A stretch of 64,000 nt of DNA from Candidatus Bathyarchaeota archaeon. Lineage in GTDB: Archaea; Thermoproteota; Bathyarchaeia; Bathyarchaeales; DTEX01. The stretch is from the NCBI GenBank assembly GCA_963714275.1, contig CAVQNT010000006.1:128001-192000 (forward strand), given 5' to 3'. The notes beneath the pieces are model-generated. The model was not told where the DNA came from. It did no database searches and saw only the letters and a program-made list of their open reading frames with translations. The number at the start of each line of letters is the position of its first letter. Position 1 is the stretch's first letter. Shown piece after piece: positions 29,531 through 42,005 of the stretch. The position numbers and the translations under genes were made by a program.

Positions 29531-30816
29531 ATGATTGACGTTAAGCTTATACGAACCAACCCGGATCTTGTCAGGGATAATCTAAAGCGGCGAAGCGACC
29601 CTGAAAAGCTGATGCTTTTGGAGGAGTTCATCGAGGCCGACAAAAATTGGAGGTTTTTGCAGACACAGATCAATGAACTAAGAAGGAAACGTAACGAACT
29701 AAGTGCCGAGAATCGCTAAATTGAAAAAGGAAGGCTTAGACGAGACTTCCCTTCTTAAGGAAGCCAATTCCATACAATCGAAAATTTCTGAGTTAAATGC
29801 CCAAGTTGAGGAGCTCAGTCAAAAGTCTCAAACTTTACTCAAGAAAGTCCCAAATTTACTTCACGAAACCGTTCCTTACGGTCGGGATGAAAATGAAAAC
29901 GCAGAGACCAGACAGTGGGGTTCTCCGCCAAAATTCGATTTTGAACCAAAAAATCACCTCGAACTCGCCTTGAACCTTGGACTTGTCGACGAAGAACGAG
30001 CAAACAAAGTTTCAGGAGCAGGCTTCTACTACCTAAAAGGCGAGTTGGCGCTTCTTGATTTTGCCATTCAAAGGTTTGCGATAGACTATATGATGAAGCA
30101 AGAGTATACTTTGGTTGAGCCTCCTTTCATGTTGCGGAGAGAACCGTACGAGGGAGTCACGGACCTCTCGGATTTTGAGACAGTCATGTATAAGATTGAG
30201 AATGAGGACCACTATCTCATCGCCACGAGCGAACATCCAATTGCTGCCATGTTCATGAATGAAACCTTAAACATCGACGAGCTCCCAGCAAAATTCATTG
30301 GCATAAGCACAAATTTTAGGCGCGAGATTGGAGCTCACGGCAAATACACAAAAGGATTCTTCAGGATGCACCAGTTCAACAAGATTGAACAGTTCATATT
30401 CTGCTTGCCAGAGCAGTCTTGGCGGTTCCATGAGGAGCTTCAACAAAACTGCGAAGAGCTCTACAGGAAGCTCAGGTTTGCATTACCGAGTGGTAAACGT
30501 GTGCACAGGAGACATTGGAACGGTCGCAGCCAAGAAGTATGACACGGAAATATGGATGGCGGACGGGCACTTCAGAGAGGTCGGTTCAAACTCAAACTGC
30601 ACAGACTACCAAGCCCGAAGACTGGGAATCAAATACCGCGAAGGCGTCGGAAAGCCTCCCAAAGACTTTGTGCACACATTGAACAGTACAGCTTTAGCCA
30701 CAAGCCGCACCATGATAGCTATTCTAGAGCAATACCAACAAAAAGAGGGCTCAATTCTTGTCCCCGAAGTTCTGAGACCATACATGAATGGAATAAAGAG
30801 TTTAAGCAAAAAGTAA
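29531..30816 (+). CDS. serS: Seryl-tRNA synthetase (two frameshifts)
   Basis: N-terminal coiled coil, [35 protein letters not shown]. Confidence 0.95.
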
Positions 30817-30840
30817 CATACAATATTATAGTGATGCGCG

Positions 30841-31815
30841 ATGTCGCCTGAAATTGTTGGAATAGGCGAAGTCCTAATAGACTTTGTTGCCACCGAACCT
30901 GTCTCATACATCGAGGTGCCAGCTTTTCAAAAATGTTTTGGCGGAGCTCCCATGAACACGTTGGTCGGAGTTGCCAGGCTAGGTTCAACGTCCGGAGCCA
31001 TAACGGTTGTTGGAAATGACCCGTTCGGTCTGTTCCTCGTTGAGGAGCTGAAAGAGAAACGGAGTGGACACTTCATGCGTAAGGGTAAAAAAGGGCACTC
31101 TTACCACTTTGGCGTTTGTCGCTAACGACCTTGAGACGGGAGAACGTACATTCATCTTTTACCGTAAACCGTGGGTCAACGGAACCTCGGACAGCTCTCT
31201 ATCCATCAGCGACGTTGATTTCGAATACATCAAAAAAGCCAAAATTCTTCATGTATCCGGTTTCGCATTGTCACAAAATCCCTCGAGAAAAGCGGTTCTT
31301 GCCGCCGTCAAGTATGCTAAAAAAGAAGGAGTTAGAATCTCTTTCGATCCAACCCTGAGACTTGATGTTTGGAGCTCTGAACGAACCATTCGGAGATTTT
31401 ATAATCAAATGCTTAGGCTGTGTGACATAGCAACCTTCTCTCGTGAAGAGGCAGCATTCATTTTTAGGACAGATAATCCAGAAAAGGCAGCAAAAAAATC
31501 ATTAAAGTATGGGGTAACCACCGTTGGCATAAAACTTGGCGTAGATGGAGTCTCTTGTGATGACGAAAGAGGGAAAAAAGGTTCATGCGCCTGCGTTTAA
31601 GGTCAAAGCTGTGGACACCACGGGGGCTGGGGATGGCTGGAACGCTGGGTTACTGGTTGGGCAACTTAAAGGTTGGGACCTCAAAACCTGTGTCACCATT
31701 GCTAACGCAGTCGGTGCATTAGTTGTTACAAAACGCGGCGCCATCACCGCCTTACCATACAAAAATGAGCTGAAACAGCTTCCTCAATCAACACAACGTA
31801 GAACTTAAGGTTTGA
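30841..31815 (+). CDS. PfkB family carbohydrate kinase (frameshifted)
   Basis: GGAPMN, VGNDPFG, DPTLR, DTTGAGD. Confidence 0.92.
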
Positions 31816-31844
31816 CAAGACTTTTTGTTTAATAAAAAATCTTT

Positions 31845-32020
31845 GCGTCCCAGAAACCAATACACAATTTGGTACAATTGTTCTTAAACAACGGAACAAA
31901 TGTACTTTAAAACAGTCCAAATTTCATAAGCTCTAGCACTGTTACACAAAACAAAAACTCGAATGTTACACAAATCAGACAAGAAGAATCCATGAAAATC
32001 AGTGAATGAACGAAAGATGC
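31845..32020 (+). repeat. Copy B of dispersed ~175-bp non-coding repeat
   Basis: Colinear with the reverse complement of 43897-44073; exact blocks GGAACAAATGTACT, TTACACAAATCAGAC, AAATCAGTGAAT. Confidence 0.85.
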
Positions 32021-32049
32021 CTTTTTAATATGAAAAGGTGCCATTTCGT

Positions 32050-33052
32050 TTAAGGTTTAACTTCCAAGACTTCCTTGTTCACTAGGTTGGGTGGAACGCG
32101 TCCTTCAAGTATGGCTACCATGTTCTCAGCCGCCATGACCGCCATTTTGGTCCTCGTCGCTATGCTTCCGCTTGCGATGTGAGGTGTCGCTGTCACGTTA
32201 TTAAGTTTAAGCAGTGGATTATTGGGGTCAACGGGCTCTTTTTCCCAAACGTCCAGTCCCGCAGCCCATATCCAGCCTTCTTTTAGGGCTTTGTAGAGGG
32301 CTTTTTCATCGACCACTGGTCCTCTGGACGTGTTAATTAGGCACGCCGTTTTCTTCATCGTCCTAAGCCTGTCTTCGTTGATGAGGTGGTGGGTTTCAGG
32401 CGTCAAAGGCACATGAACCGTCACGAAATCGGACTCTTTCAGAAGCTTTTCCAGCGGAACGTACTTGACACCGAGCTCCTTCTCAATCTGCTCGTTTCGG
32501 TAAACGTCGTAATAGAGAATCTTCATGTTGAACCCTTTGGCTCGCCTTGCTACCGCTGAACCGATTCTACCGATTCCTACGATGCCGAGTGTTTTTCCGT
32601 AAATGTCTTGCCCAACAAGCATCATAAGCCCCCACGGGACCTTCCACTGTCCAAACTTGACATACTTATCAGCTTCCGCTATCCTTCTAGCTGCAGCCAC
32701 TAGCAGCGTGAACGCATAGTCAGCCGTTGTTTCAGTCAAAACTCCAGGCGTGTTAGTAACGCAGATTCCTTTTTCAGTGGCTGCTTTAATATCAATGTTG
32801 TTGTATCCAACAGCAACTTGAGAGATGCCTTGAAACTGTGGACTAGCTGCATCGAGGACTTCTTTGTCGATTTGCTCTGTTAAAAGGCATATCAGTCCAT
32901 CAACGTTCTTCACCTTATTCATTAGAAGGTCTTTAGAAGGCGGCATCTTATCAGGCCAAACCTCGATCTCAAATTTTGCCTGCAGCATCCTTGTATGCTT
33001 CTTCAGGCAATTCCCTCGTAATGTAAATTTTCTTCCTCTTATGTTCAGTCAA
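32050..33052 (-). CDS. gyaR: Glyoxylate reductase / D-2-hydroxyacid dehydrogenase (frameshift ~32990)
   Basis: TNTPGVL, GIGRIG, NTSRG, LDVWEKEP, PHIAS; N-terminus KKIYITRELP lies in the adjacent frame. Confidence 0.88.
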
Positions 33053-33112
33053 ACATTTTCACCGCGGTTCACGGATTACACTATTGTCGCTTGTATGATG
33101 CAACGTTGTTTT

Positions 33113-34045
33113 TTAGATTTTCGCCCACGCCTCTGCGAAGACCCTTTTCGAGTTCGCAATTAAGACTTCGGACGACTCGCCCACGGCGGGTTTCACCTCA
33201 AAACTCACAACTGGAAGTCTCGTCAGCCGTTTTCTTTTTAAAGTAGCCGATGTCCTTGAGGACCGTCAGAAAATCCGCCAATTCTTCAACCGAGTTTTCT
33301 CCGCCAACGACGCCGAACCTTGGATGCTGGTCTCCGAACTGCGGGTGGTTTCTGTCTTTATACACGCAGTTTCCGACGTGAACATGCTCCAAGTATGGTT
33401 TGGTTTCCATGAGAGTGTTTTCGGAGATTCATGAAGCAACGGAAGGTGGCTCAGGTCAAGCTGTTAAGCCAACATTGTCGTTTTTCCGTTTAACCTTCGC
33501 CACAACATCCACCGCTTCTTTCGTGGGTCCTAAAAGAGCTTTTTATCGTATTCGCGGTCGAAGTATTCAAGCGAAACCATTAAAGTATAATCGTTGCCTT
33601 TTTCTTCCGCATACCTGCAAACCTGCCCAAGAGAATCAACTAAAAGAGCCTTTGCCTTCTCCCGCTGCTTGGGTTCCGCGTCAGGTCCGCTGATGACAGC
33701 TATTACCCGTGCGCCCAACGCGTAGGCTTCATCAACAAGCTTCTTCGTCGAGTTGATTGCCACATCTCGGACAACATCGTCAAACGCATTCAAGTCAATC
33801 TTCTGGTTCAACATCGGAGGACCACCACAATACACCACGTCCAAAAAAGCGGACTCTAACAAACGTGCAGATTGACCTCGAACATTAGCGTCTTTCATCC
33901 ACGAAACTTCGACAGCGCCAAAGAAACTGTCAGCCACTATCTTGCCCAGAGTTTCAAGAACAGGTCCTTCCCCGCGACCTGTCTCAGGAAAAATCATCGG
34001 ATGAACAATTCCCACATTAATTAAGCCACTCCACGGATAAGCCAT
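33113..34045 (-). CDS. Sugar phosphate isomerase/epimerase TIM barrel (frameshifted)
   Basis: LEYFDR, HVHVGNC, GDQHPRFG, VSFEVKP across fragments. Confidence 0.8.
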
Positions 34046-34148
34046 AATTTTTTCTCCAAACAGATTTTGAACAATATAACCAACTGGCAAATATTAAGGT
34101 TACGGGGAGTCCGCAGCCTTTAAGAAAGACAAAAGATAAAGTGGCTGT

Positions 34149-34261
34149 GGGCCCGTTGCCTAGCTGGATAGGGTGCAGAGAAATTATTCGCGGAAGCCTT
34201 CGGAGCCAGCATAGGCGGAGAAAGCCTGAGGTCGAGGGTTCAAATCCCCCCGGGTCCGCCA
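34149..34261 (+). tRNA. tRNA-Arg(UCG) with two introns (34179-34195 at 29/30; 34204-34222 at 37/38), CCA encoded
   Basis: Removing both introns gives the anticodon arm CAGGC-CTTCGGA-GCCTG; acceptor GGGCCCG/CGGGTCC; BHB motifs at both junctions. Confidence 0.9.
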
Positions 34262-34331
34262 TTCACGATTTTTGGCTTGTCATAAGTTTTATCTTTCAAG
34301 GGATTTCGACTAAAAGCTTGGTTGACCTATT

Positions 34332-35684
34332 ATGGCGGATGTTAAAATCAGCATTATAGGCGCAGGCAGTGCCACATTCTCTCTGGCTTTAGTCAAGGAC
34401 CTCTGTCTTACGCCGAACCTTTCAGGCAGCACCGTAAACTTCATGGATATAAACAAAGAAAGGTTGGACGCAGTTTACACATTATGTAAGCGGTATGCTG
34501 AAGAAACAAAGGCAAAATTAAAGCTCGAAAAGACAACCGACCGAAAAGAATCCCTTAAGGACGCGGATTTCGTCGTCAACACAGCCTTGGTCGTCGGTTA
34601 CAGCGGGTATCGAGAAGGCTGGAATGTAGGCTTCAAGCACGGATACAGGTTTGGTGGAAGCCTCCACATAATGCACGACGAATGTTTTTGGAGCAACTTT
34701 TACCAGTTAAGGCTTTTCGAGTCCCTCGTAAACGACATACTGGATGTTTGCCCTGACGCTTGGTACCTGAAACTCGCAAATCCCGTGCTTGCTGCCACAA
34801 CCCACCTCGGAAGAAAGTATAGGAAACTCAAGTTCATTGGGCTGTGCCACGGCTATCTAGGCGTTTATCACCTAGCGTCAGTCCTCGGATTTAAACCAGA
34901 ACAACTGGAGTTCAAAATTCCAGGCGTTAACCATTTTGTGTGGCTGACGGACTTTCGTCACGACAGCGAAGACGCCTTCCCAATATTGGACGAATGGATT
35001 GAAAAAAAGTCACATAAATACTTTGAGAATTGTGGATTTAGTAGCGGTGTTGGCCCAAAAGCTGTAGACCTCTACAAGAAATTTAGTGTTTTTCCAATTG
35101 GAGACACGTGCACGCCTGGAGGTGGGTCTTGGCCTTGGTGGTACCACACGGACGACGAGACAGAGCGAAAGTGGAAGGAAGACCCGAATGGATGGTGGAG
35201 GTGGGTGCTTAAGCCTTCCAAAGAGGACACTGTTTCGAAGTTAATTAAAGCCGCCTATAATCCGTCCGTCAAGGTCACCAGCGTCTTTCCGCCACAGAAA
35301 TCACGCGAAAGCATAATCAACATTGTCGAGTCATTAGCCTGCGATGTGCCTCGGGTTTATCAGGTCAACGTTATGAACTTCGATAATCTTGTTCCCGGAG
35401 TGCCCTTTGACTTTGAGGTAGAGGTCCCAGCCGTAATCAGCAAAAAAGGCGTCGAAGGCGAAAAGACCCGTGGACTGCCTAAGGCTGTGACTTCGTATCT
35501 TCTCAGAGATAGGGTTGCGCCGGTCGAAGTTGAACTCGAAGTTTACGAAACCGGAAGCAAGAAACGGCTTCTGGACCTCGTTTTGATGGACCCGTGGACA
35601 AAATCAGAGGAACAAGCAAGGAATCTTCTTGAGGACATTTTAGAACTTCCACAAAATACTGAAATGCAGGAACATTACAGATAG
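34332..35684 (+). CDS. GH4 NAD-dependent alpha-glycosidase
   Basis: IIGAGS, ANP, GLCHG, GVNHF. Confidence 0.92.
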   Translation: MADVKISIIGAGSATFSLALVKDLCLTPNLSGSTVNFMDINKERLDAVYTLCKRYAEETKAKLKLEKTTDRKESLKDADFVVNTALVVGYSGYREGWNVGFKHGYRFGGSLHIMHDECFWSNFYQLRLFESLVNDILDVCPDAWYLKLANPVLAATTHLGRKYRKLKFIGLCHGYLGVYHLASVLGFKPEQLEFKIPGVNHFVWLTDFRHDSEDAFPILDEWIEKKSHKYFENCGFSSGVGPKAVDLYKKFSVFPIGDTCTPGGGSWPWWYHTDDETERKWKEDPNGWWRWVLKPSKEDTVSKLIKAAYNPSVKVTSVFPPQKSRESIINIVESLACDVPRVYQVNVMNFDNLVPGVPFDFEVEVPAVISKKGVEGEKTRGLPKAVTSYLLRDRVAPVEVELEVYETGSKKRLLDLVLMDPWTKSEEQARNLLEDILELPQNTEMQEHYR

Positions 35685-35718
35685 TCATATACAAAATCTT
35701 ATTGGAAAAAGACCAAAT

Positions 35719-37513
35719 TTGGGTTATGAGGGATCAGTATTGAGTAAGGGAAATATGTCTGTTTTATGCCTCGTTGACAGTTCGAAAAAAGAAGAATACC
35801 CCCAGCTTCAAGAAATTTTATGGTCAGCACTGGATTTCTTTGGGATGCCTTACGAAATTGTGGACCTTGCGAAAGACAATTTGGCTGTTGAGGCTCTTAA
35901 AGACCATAGCGCTATCATAATTGGTCAAGAGCACTTGGGGAAAAGTCTCTCAGAAAGTAACACCAGTTTCATTATTGAAGCTGTCAAGTCAGGAGCGGGA
36001 TTAGTCTGCTTCGATGGCGACTTGCACTCTTATAAGAATCCGTTGAAGGATGCTTTGGGCTTATGGACCTCTAAAGAAGGTACACATATGCCTCATCTGG
36101 ATACTTGGATGGTCAGGATTTGGGATAACCGCCATTACATAACAGGCGCCAAGGAGCTCGAGTTTATACGGTTCAATAAACCAGTTGACGTTTGTAACAT
36201 CGTTAACATCGAAAAAGACTACAACCTACTCATGACCGTTGCGAACAGTAGCGGACTGCCAGCTGTAGTTACCGAGACTATTGGGAAAGGAAGAGTCGTC
36301 TTGTTTGCTGTTTCTTCAAAGATTTGGCTCAACGAATACTTTGGTCATGGTGGCGGCTTAGACGACATTTTTTGGAGGAGCATAGTCTGGGCAGCTAAGA
36401 AGCCTTTTGCGATGCTTGCCATGCCTCCGTTCGTAACAATTCGCATAGACGATTGTAGCGGTGCACCCAACAGGTTCTGGTGGGTTCGAATCCTCAACAA
36501 ACACGGTTACATACCGCACGTTTCCTTGTTCACCGAAAACATTGGCGAGAAGGAAACACAAGCCATAAAACAGCTCTATGATGCGGGGACTGCTGAGTTC
36601 TCGTTTCACGCTTTCACGTGGACTAAACAGATTTTTTGGGAATCCAAATCGCCAACAGACCATGATGTAGGCAAAGAATTCAGTAAAGAAGAGTTGACGG
36701 GTTTCTTCAAGAGAATGGATGAACTATCAAAGAAATGGGGCATTGAATGGTCCAAAGTGCTTACGGCCCATTTCGGAGAAGTAGGAAAAGACGTCATTCC
36801 CTTCCTAAAAAAAAGAGGCATCATCTACCTCGGAATGCCCTACGCCTTCGGTACACCATACGGTGCAGCACCCCTGCAACTTCCAGAAACCGAGACTGAA
36901 AAAGCTGAGACCATTCAACGGTCAAGGCGGAGTCATTGATCGTCACCCAGACTATCCTGAACTCTTCGTTGTCTATCCAAGTTATGAGGATGTACCAAAG
37001 TCTGTTCAGCAAATGTTGACGACCAAAGGCGTCATTTCGCCTAATGGGCAAAGATACGATTTTCTTTGGGAGACTGGTCGGGAAAAGGTTGACGTTGAGC
37101 TTGGTGCTTGGTTCGCAGCGTTTGGAATAAAACTCTGTTTGGACAGCTTAATACCTGTTGTGTTAGTGACTCATGAACAAAACATTTCTGTCCTGAACAA
37201 CGAAGAATGGGACAATCTTCTCACAAAGGTTGACCAGATTACATCTAAACATGTCAAAATATTTAGAAGCTGGAGTTACATCGCTCAATACGCTGAAAAC
37301 CTGCATAATATGAAAATAAATCATATAGAAACTGATCCTGCGAATAACGAGTTAGATTGTTGTCTGATGGGGCAAAGTAAGATACCTCTTTATTTATATG
37401 TGTTCAAAGGTGACTCGGAGCATATTGACCAGTCATTTAAAGAAATACCGCCTTGTGATGGCAAGGTATCAATTAAGCTCAAACCTGACGATGTTCTTTT
37501 CAAGAATATGTAA
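35719..37513 (+). CDS. GATase-like + polysaccharide deacetylase-like protein (frameshift ~36880)
   Basis: Flavodoxin-like N-terminus (GKGRVVLF), then IRIDD, FHAFTW and VTHE. Confidence 0.55.
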
Positions 37514-37545
37514 ATTCAGAAAAGAATAAGCGAGAAGGCTGTTTC

Positions 37546-39053
37546 ATGACTTATCTTTTGGGTGTAGACTTGGGTACAACCTCAGTCAAGTGTGTGTTAT
37601 TTGACCAACAAGGAAAAGTCGCAGTTTCAGCGAACAAGGAATATGATCTTCTTATGCCACGCCCTGATTTTATTGAAGTGAAACCTGAAACCTATTGGTA
37701 TGCCTTTAAGGTGTGCATTGCGAAGATTTTGAAAGAGTTTAAAATAAAGTCTCAAGAAATTCAGGGCATCGGAGTGGCAAGTCAAGGGGAAAGCTTCGCA
37801 TATCTGGATAAAAACGGGGAACCGCTAGGGAGAGCCATTATTTGGCTTGATAATCGGTCAAAAAATGAAGTAAGCTCATAAGAAACGAATTTGGGGTTGA
37901 AGAAATATTCCGTATTACGGGACAGAACGATGTTACGCCTACGTGGACTGCGACCAAGATTCTTTGGCTTAAAAGAAACGAGCCTTCACTCTTCGAGAAA
38001 ATAAACAAATTTCTACTTCTAGAAGATTATTTGGTCTATAAACTGACGGGTAACTTTGCCACAGAACACTCTGTTGTGTGCTCCTCGCTTCTTTTTGATT
38101 TGTCGCGGCGGAGATGGTGGAACGAGATTTTAAACTTTATCGGAATCGACGAAAACCAGCTGCCACAGCTTAATCCATCAGGAGCTCCTGTAGGTAACAT
38201 TACATCTGAAGTTGCGGGTGAAACTGGTTTGGGCTCAAACACTCTTGTGTCCACAGGTGCGTATGATCAGGCTGCAAATGCATTAGGAGCAGGTAACATT
38301 GAATCTGGCGTTGTTACTGAAACAACTGGTGGATCTATGGCTGTAGCTGTAACCATTGACCGAATCCTGTTGGATCCAATGCGGAGAATGCCTTGTCATC
38401 AGCACGCCGTTTCTGGGAAATACTTCCTTCAACCTTGGTGTCAAACCGCAGGCGCTATTCTCAAGTGGTACCGAGACAATTTTGGTAAACAGGAAATTGA
38501 CAAGGCTAATCAAATAGGTAAGAACCCGTACGACCTGTTGATGGCTCAAGCGTCTAAGGTTCCGTCTGGTTCAGACGGTTTGATTTTGCTGCCACACTTT
38601 ATGGGTGCAGCCTCCCCGGAATTCAACCCAAACGCTAAGGGCGTATTGTTTGGTCTCACGTTGTACCATGGGCAGGGTCATGTGATAAGGGCAATAGTCG
38701 AGTCCGTTGCTTACATGTTGAGAAGGAATGTTGAGCTTCTCGAGGAATTGGGCGTTGAAGTAAAAGAGGTAAGATCTACTGGAGGAGCAGCTCGAAGCCA
38801 ACTGTGGAACCAAATCAAAGCAGATGTACTTCAGAAGCCAGTACTAACAGTCCACACAGAGGAAACAGCAGCATTAGGAGCTGCGATGCTTGCAGGCTTA
38901 GCTACAAATACGTTCTCGTCGCTTGAGACAGCTGTGCAGTCAATGGTCTCTGTTAAATCAAGGTTTTCTCCTTCAAAAGGCAATCAGAAAATTTATAATG
39001 AACAGTACAAGAAATACGTGAAGCTTTACAGCAGCCTCGAAGGATTATTTTAA
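37546..39053 (+). CDS. FGGY family sugar kinase (xylulokinase-like; frameshift ~37875)
   Basis: GVDLGTTS, IIWLDNR, GAYDQ, GGAARS..WNQIKAD. Confidence 0.92.
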
Positions 39054-39098
39054 CAGGCAATCAAACATTGGTTAGTCTTTTATACTTAATTTTTCAAT

Positions 39099-40470
39099 TT
39101 GAGACTCGTGGGGGAATCTCAATTGCGTACTGGATTTGTGAGTTTCATGGCACCAGCCTATACTCAAGACACCATCGAGCTGCTGAAGAAGATCGTGGAA
39201 GGCGCCAAAGAAGCTTTGACATCAATGGGCATAAAGGTGTCAGCTAATGCGGGACCAGTCATAGAATTATCTGACGTAGATCCCGCTGTGGCAGTCTCTG
39301 AAGTGCGGAGATTATGACTTTTTAACCGCTTTACTTCCTTCTTGGGCTGAGCCTCCGATGATCGTGAACACTTTGATGCATTTTCAGAATCGCCCAATTC
39401 TGTTGTGGACATTATCCTCATTCAAGGAAAAGGGCGTTCTCATAGCCCCTGCTGGGGCAGCAGGAATGTCTGCCGTTATGCAACCCCTTAAGACCATGGG
39501 TTTCAAAATCAAAATGGTCTTCGGCAATCCAGATTCTGACGACGTCCGTAATGAAATAGTAAGCTACGCTCACGCTTGTGAGGCTGTCAACAAGTGAGCG
39601 AGTGAAGAATCGGCATCTTCGGATATGCGGACATGGGCAGTGACACAGCTGGTTTCGATCAAACCTCGCTTCGCAGCAAGATTGGACCAGAAGTAGAAGA
39701 TTATGAGGTGCATAGGCTTCTTTTAAGGGCAGATGAGATCAAAGATGAGGAAGCAGACAAGTTTATAACAAAACAGTTCAAAAGCTGGAGCATCGACAAA
39801 GAAGTAGCCAAAAATGATCTACGCAAAGCAATCAAAATCTACTTGGCATTAAAAAAGATAATTGACGAAAGAAATTTTTCCGCAGTCAGCATGAAATGCG
39901 TGTATGGCTTACCCATATATTACGGTATAACTCCGTGCATACCGCTTTCATTGGCTGGAGCTGAGGTTCCTGTTGTTTGCGAGTGCGATGTTCTGGGCTT
40001 GGTGATGGAGCTGATAATGGACTATGTCAGCGGGCAACGGTCTGTGTACCTTGAATTCTATGACATATTTGATGATAGGGTCTTAATGGGCGTCTGTGGT
40101 ATGATACCTCAGTCAGCTCTCGAAGACATCCCGAGACTCTACAGATATGCATGGGGAAAATTGACTGGGCTCATGACTGTGGGGTCAATGAAAACTGGAA
40201 AGGTAACATTAGCACGGATTGCCTCAATTGGCGACCGTTTCCAAATGCATGTGACAGTTGCTGAAGTCTGAGAAACCCAGACCTTGGCATGAGGTTGGGT
40301 GGCAATTGGAGGCTCCTGTTTATCCAAGCTTGGAAATAGTGCTTGGGAACAAAACAAAGGAGTTTACAGAGAATATTCTTGCCCAACACTACCATGTCAT
40401 CTATGGCGACTACACTAAAGAATTAACTGAGCTCTGCAAGATTCTTGGCATCGACATCGTTGTTACATAG
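39099..40470 (+). CDS. L-fucose/L-arabinose isomerase family protein (several frameshifts)
   Basis: RIGIFG, MKC, CECDVLG, GKVTLAR, QHYHVIYGD. Confidence 0.8.
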
Positions 40471-40486
40471 ACTTAACGTGTCTTTT

Positions 40487-41314
40487 CTATGCGATTATCT
40501 TTTTAGCCTTCTCTAGGCTTAGGTCTTCATGAACGATCTTCGTGACCGCCTCAATTAAGGCTGTTGGATGTTCGTTTTGCCAAATGTTTCTGCCCATGAT
40601 TACTCCTGCAGCTCCTGAAGCCATTACATCATGAACTATTTTTAGTAGTTCGCTTGGGTTTCCCGCTCCTGGGCCACTTAACACTATGACGGGAACTGGG
40701 CAACATTCCACCACTTCCCTGAACGAGTCTGGATTACCCGTGTAATAGGACTTGACGACATCGGCGCCTAGTTCAGCTGCCACCCTGTCCACGAATTTTA
40801 CGTGCTCAACACTTGGCCATTGGCGCTTGGCTTCGGACTTAAAGTGGTAATCGATTATTTCAGGTGGAAGAGTCTCGCATACATGTGGCATCCCCAGTTT
40901 TTCGCATTCCTGCGAAATCTTACCTACTTTCTCAGCGTTCTGTGATTCTCTCGCTGTCCCCGGAAACGCCATCGAAGCAATAGCGTCTGCGCCAATCCTG
41001 ATAGCCTCATCAACCGAGGAAAACATACGGTAATCCGTTATATCTGGGCCTAACACGGAAGCTGTGCCGTCCAGACGGGCTATTACACCGAGCTTTCCCA
41101 CAATTTCGGTGTGACACAACCGAATCATGGATGGATTCATCAATATGGCGTCAGGTTTATATTCGCTACCTAGGCACTTCTTGACTGTAGCTTTGATGTT
41201 TTCGAGACCTTTAAGGGGTCCCAAGTCTACCCCGTGGTCCATTGTCAAGACAAAACTTTTTCCATCTTCCTTAAAGATGTGACCCAGTCTGATTTTTTTT
41301 CCAACTGAACTCAT
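40487..41314 (-). CDS. DhnA/LsrF-type class I aldolase
   Basis: MDHG, AELGADVVKSYY (Schiff-base Lys), GRNIWQ. Confidence 0.92.
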   Translation of the reverse strand: MSSVGKKIRLGHIFKEDGKSFVLTMDHGVDLGPLKGLENIKATVKKCLGSEYKPDAILMNPSMIRLCHTEIVGKLGVIARLDGTASVLGPDITDYRMFSSVDEAIRIGADAIASMAFPGTARESQNAEKVGKISQECEKLGMPHVCETLPPEIIDYHFKSEAKRQWPSVEHVKFVDRVAAELGADVVKSYYTGNPDSFREVVECCPVPVIVLSGPGAGNPSELLKIVHDVMASGAAGVIMGRNIWQNEHPTALIEAVTKIVHEDLSLEKAKKIIA

Positions 41315-41449
41315 ACAGGTTCCTCATGTAAATTTGAGGATGATGTGTCATTGACTGTTGATATAAACTTAACGGTGTAAAAAAACACAATATTCACTGA
41401 TTTTCCATCGTCCAGCTCACTAAAAGAATGTCTGATACTGGACTAAGCG

Positions 41450-41812
41450 TTATTGCCCAAGGTTTCGCATGAGTTCCTGAAGCGTTTTTGTCGTTTCCTG
41501 CAGTTCCCCGTAAACATCCATAGCGGTGAACCTCCTCGTTTTGTGCTTGAGATATCCCGCTGTAACCATCGCATAACCAACTAAGTCAGAAATTGTCGGG
41601 TCTGGAAAAAGAATTAGGGCTATTCCCGCCTTTATTAGCCAAGAGTCTTCGAGTCTTGTCTCTCCCGGCTTGCCAATCAACGGCTTAAGACGTTTTGTTT
41701 CCTCGGTGTTTTGTTTTAGAATTTTTTCGAACTCTTGATAACTTTTGCTTGACTCATAAAAGGATGACGCTATCTCTTTAGCATCCTTGAACTTCAGGTC
41801 CGTTGATGCCAC
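41450..41812 (-). CDS. Hypothetical protein with hydrophobic hairpin
   Basis: LIKAGIALILFPDPTISDLVG. Confidence 0.65.
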   Translation of the reverse strand: MASTDLKFKDAKEIASSFYESSKSYQEFEKILKQNTEETKRLKPLIGKPGETRLEDSWLIKAGIALILFPDPTISDLVGYAMVTAGYLKHKTRRFTAMDVYGELQETTKTLQELMRNLGQ

Positions 41813-42005
41813 ATTCTAACCTCAAAAGCTTATGGTTCCAAAAAAAACTTAAGGCTATTTATTGCTTCTTAATATGAACAAATACACGCTATCATCGTTT
41901 TTTCTGGAGTTTATGGAATATGAACAACTGATGTAGCTGTCAAATATTTCCAGTTTGTTAAGACCTCATATAGAATCCTTATAAGCAACACTAAAACAGC
42001 CATTC

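Noticed and set aside
29531-30816. Programmed frameshifting or pseudogenisation of serS
   Set aside because: Essential gene, no slippery site; fits the window-wide indel error pattern.
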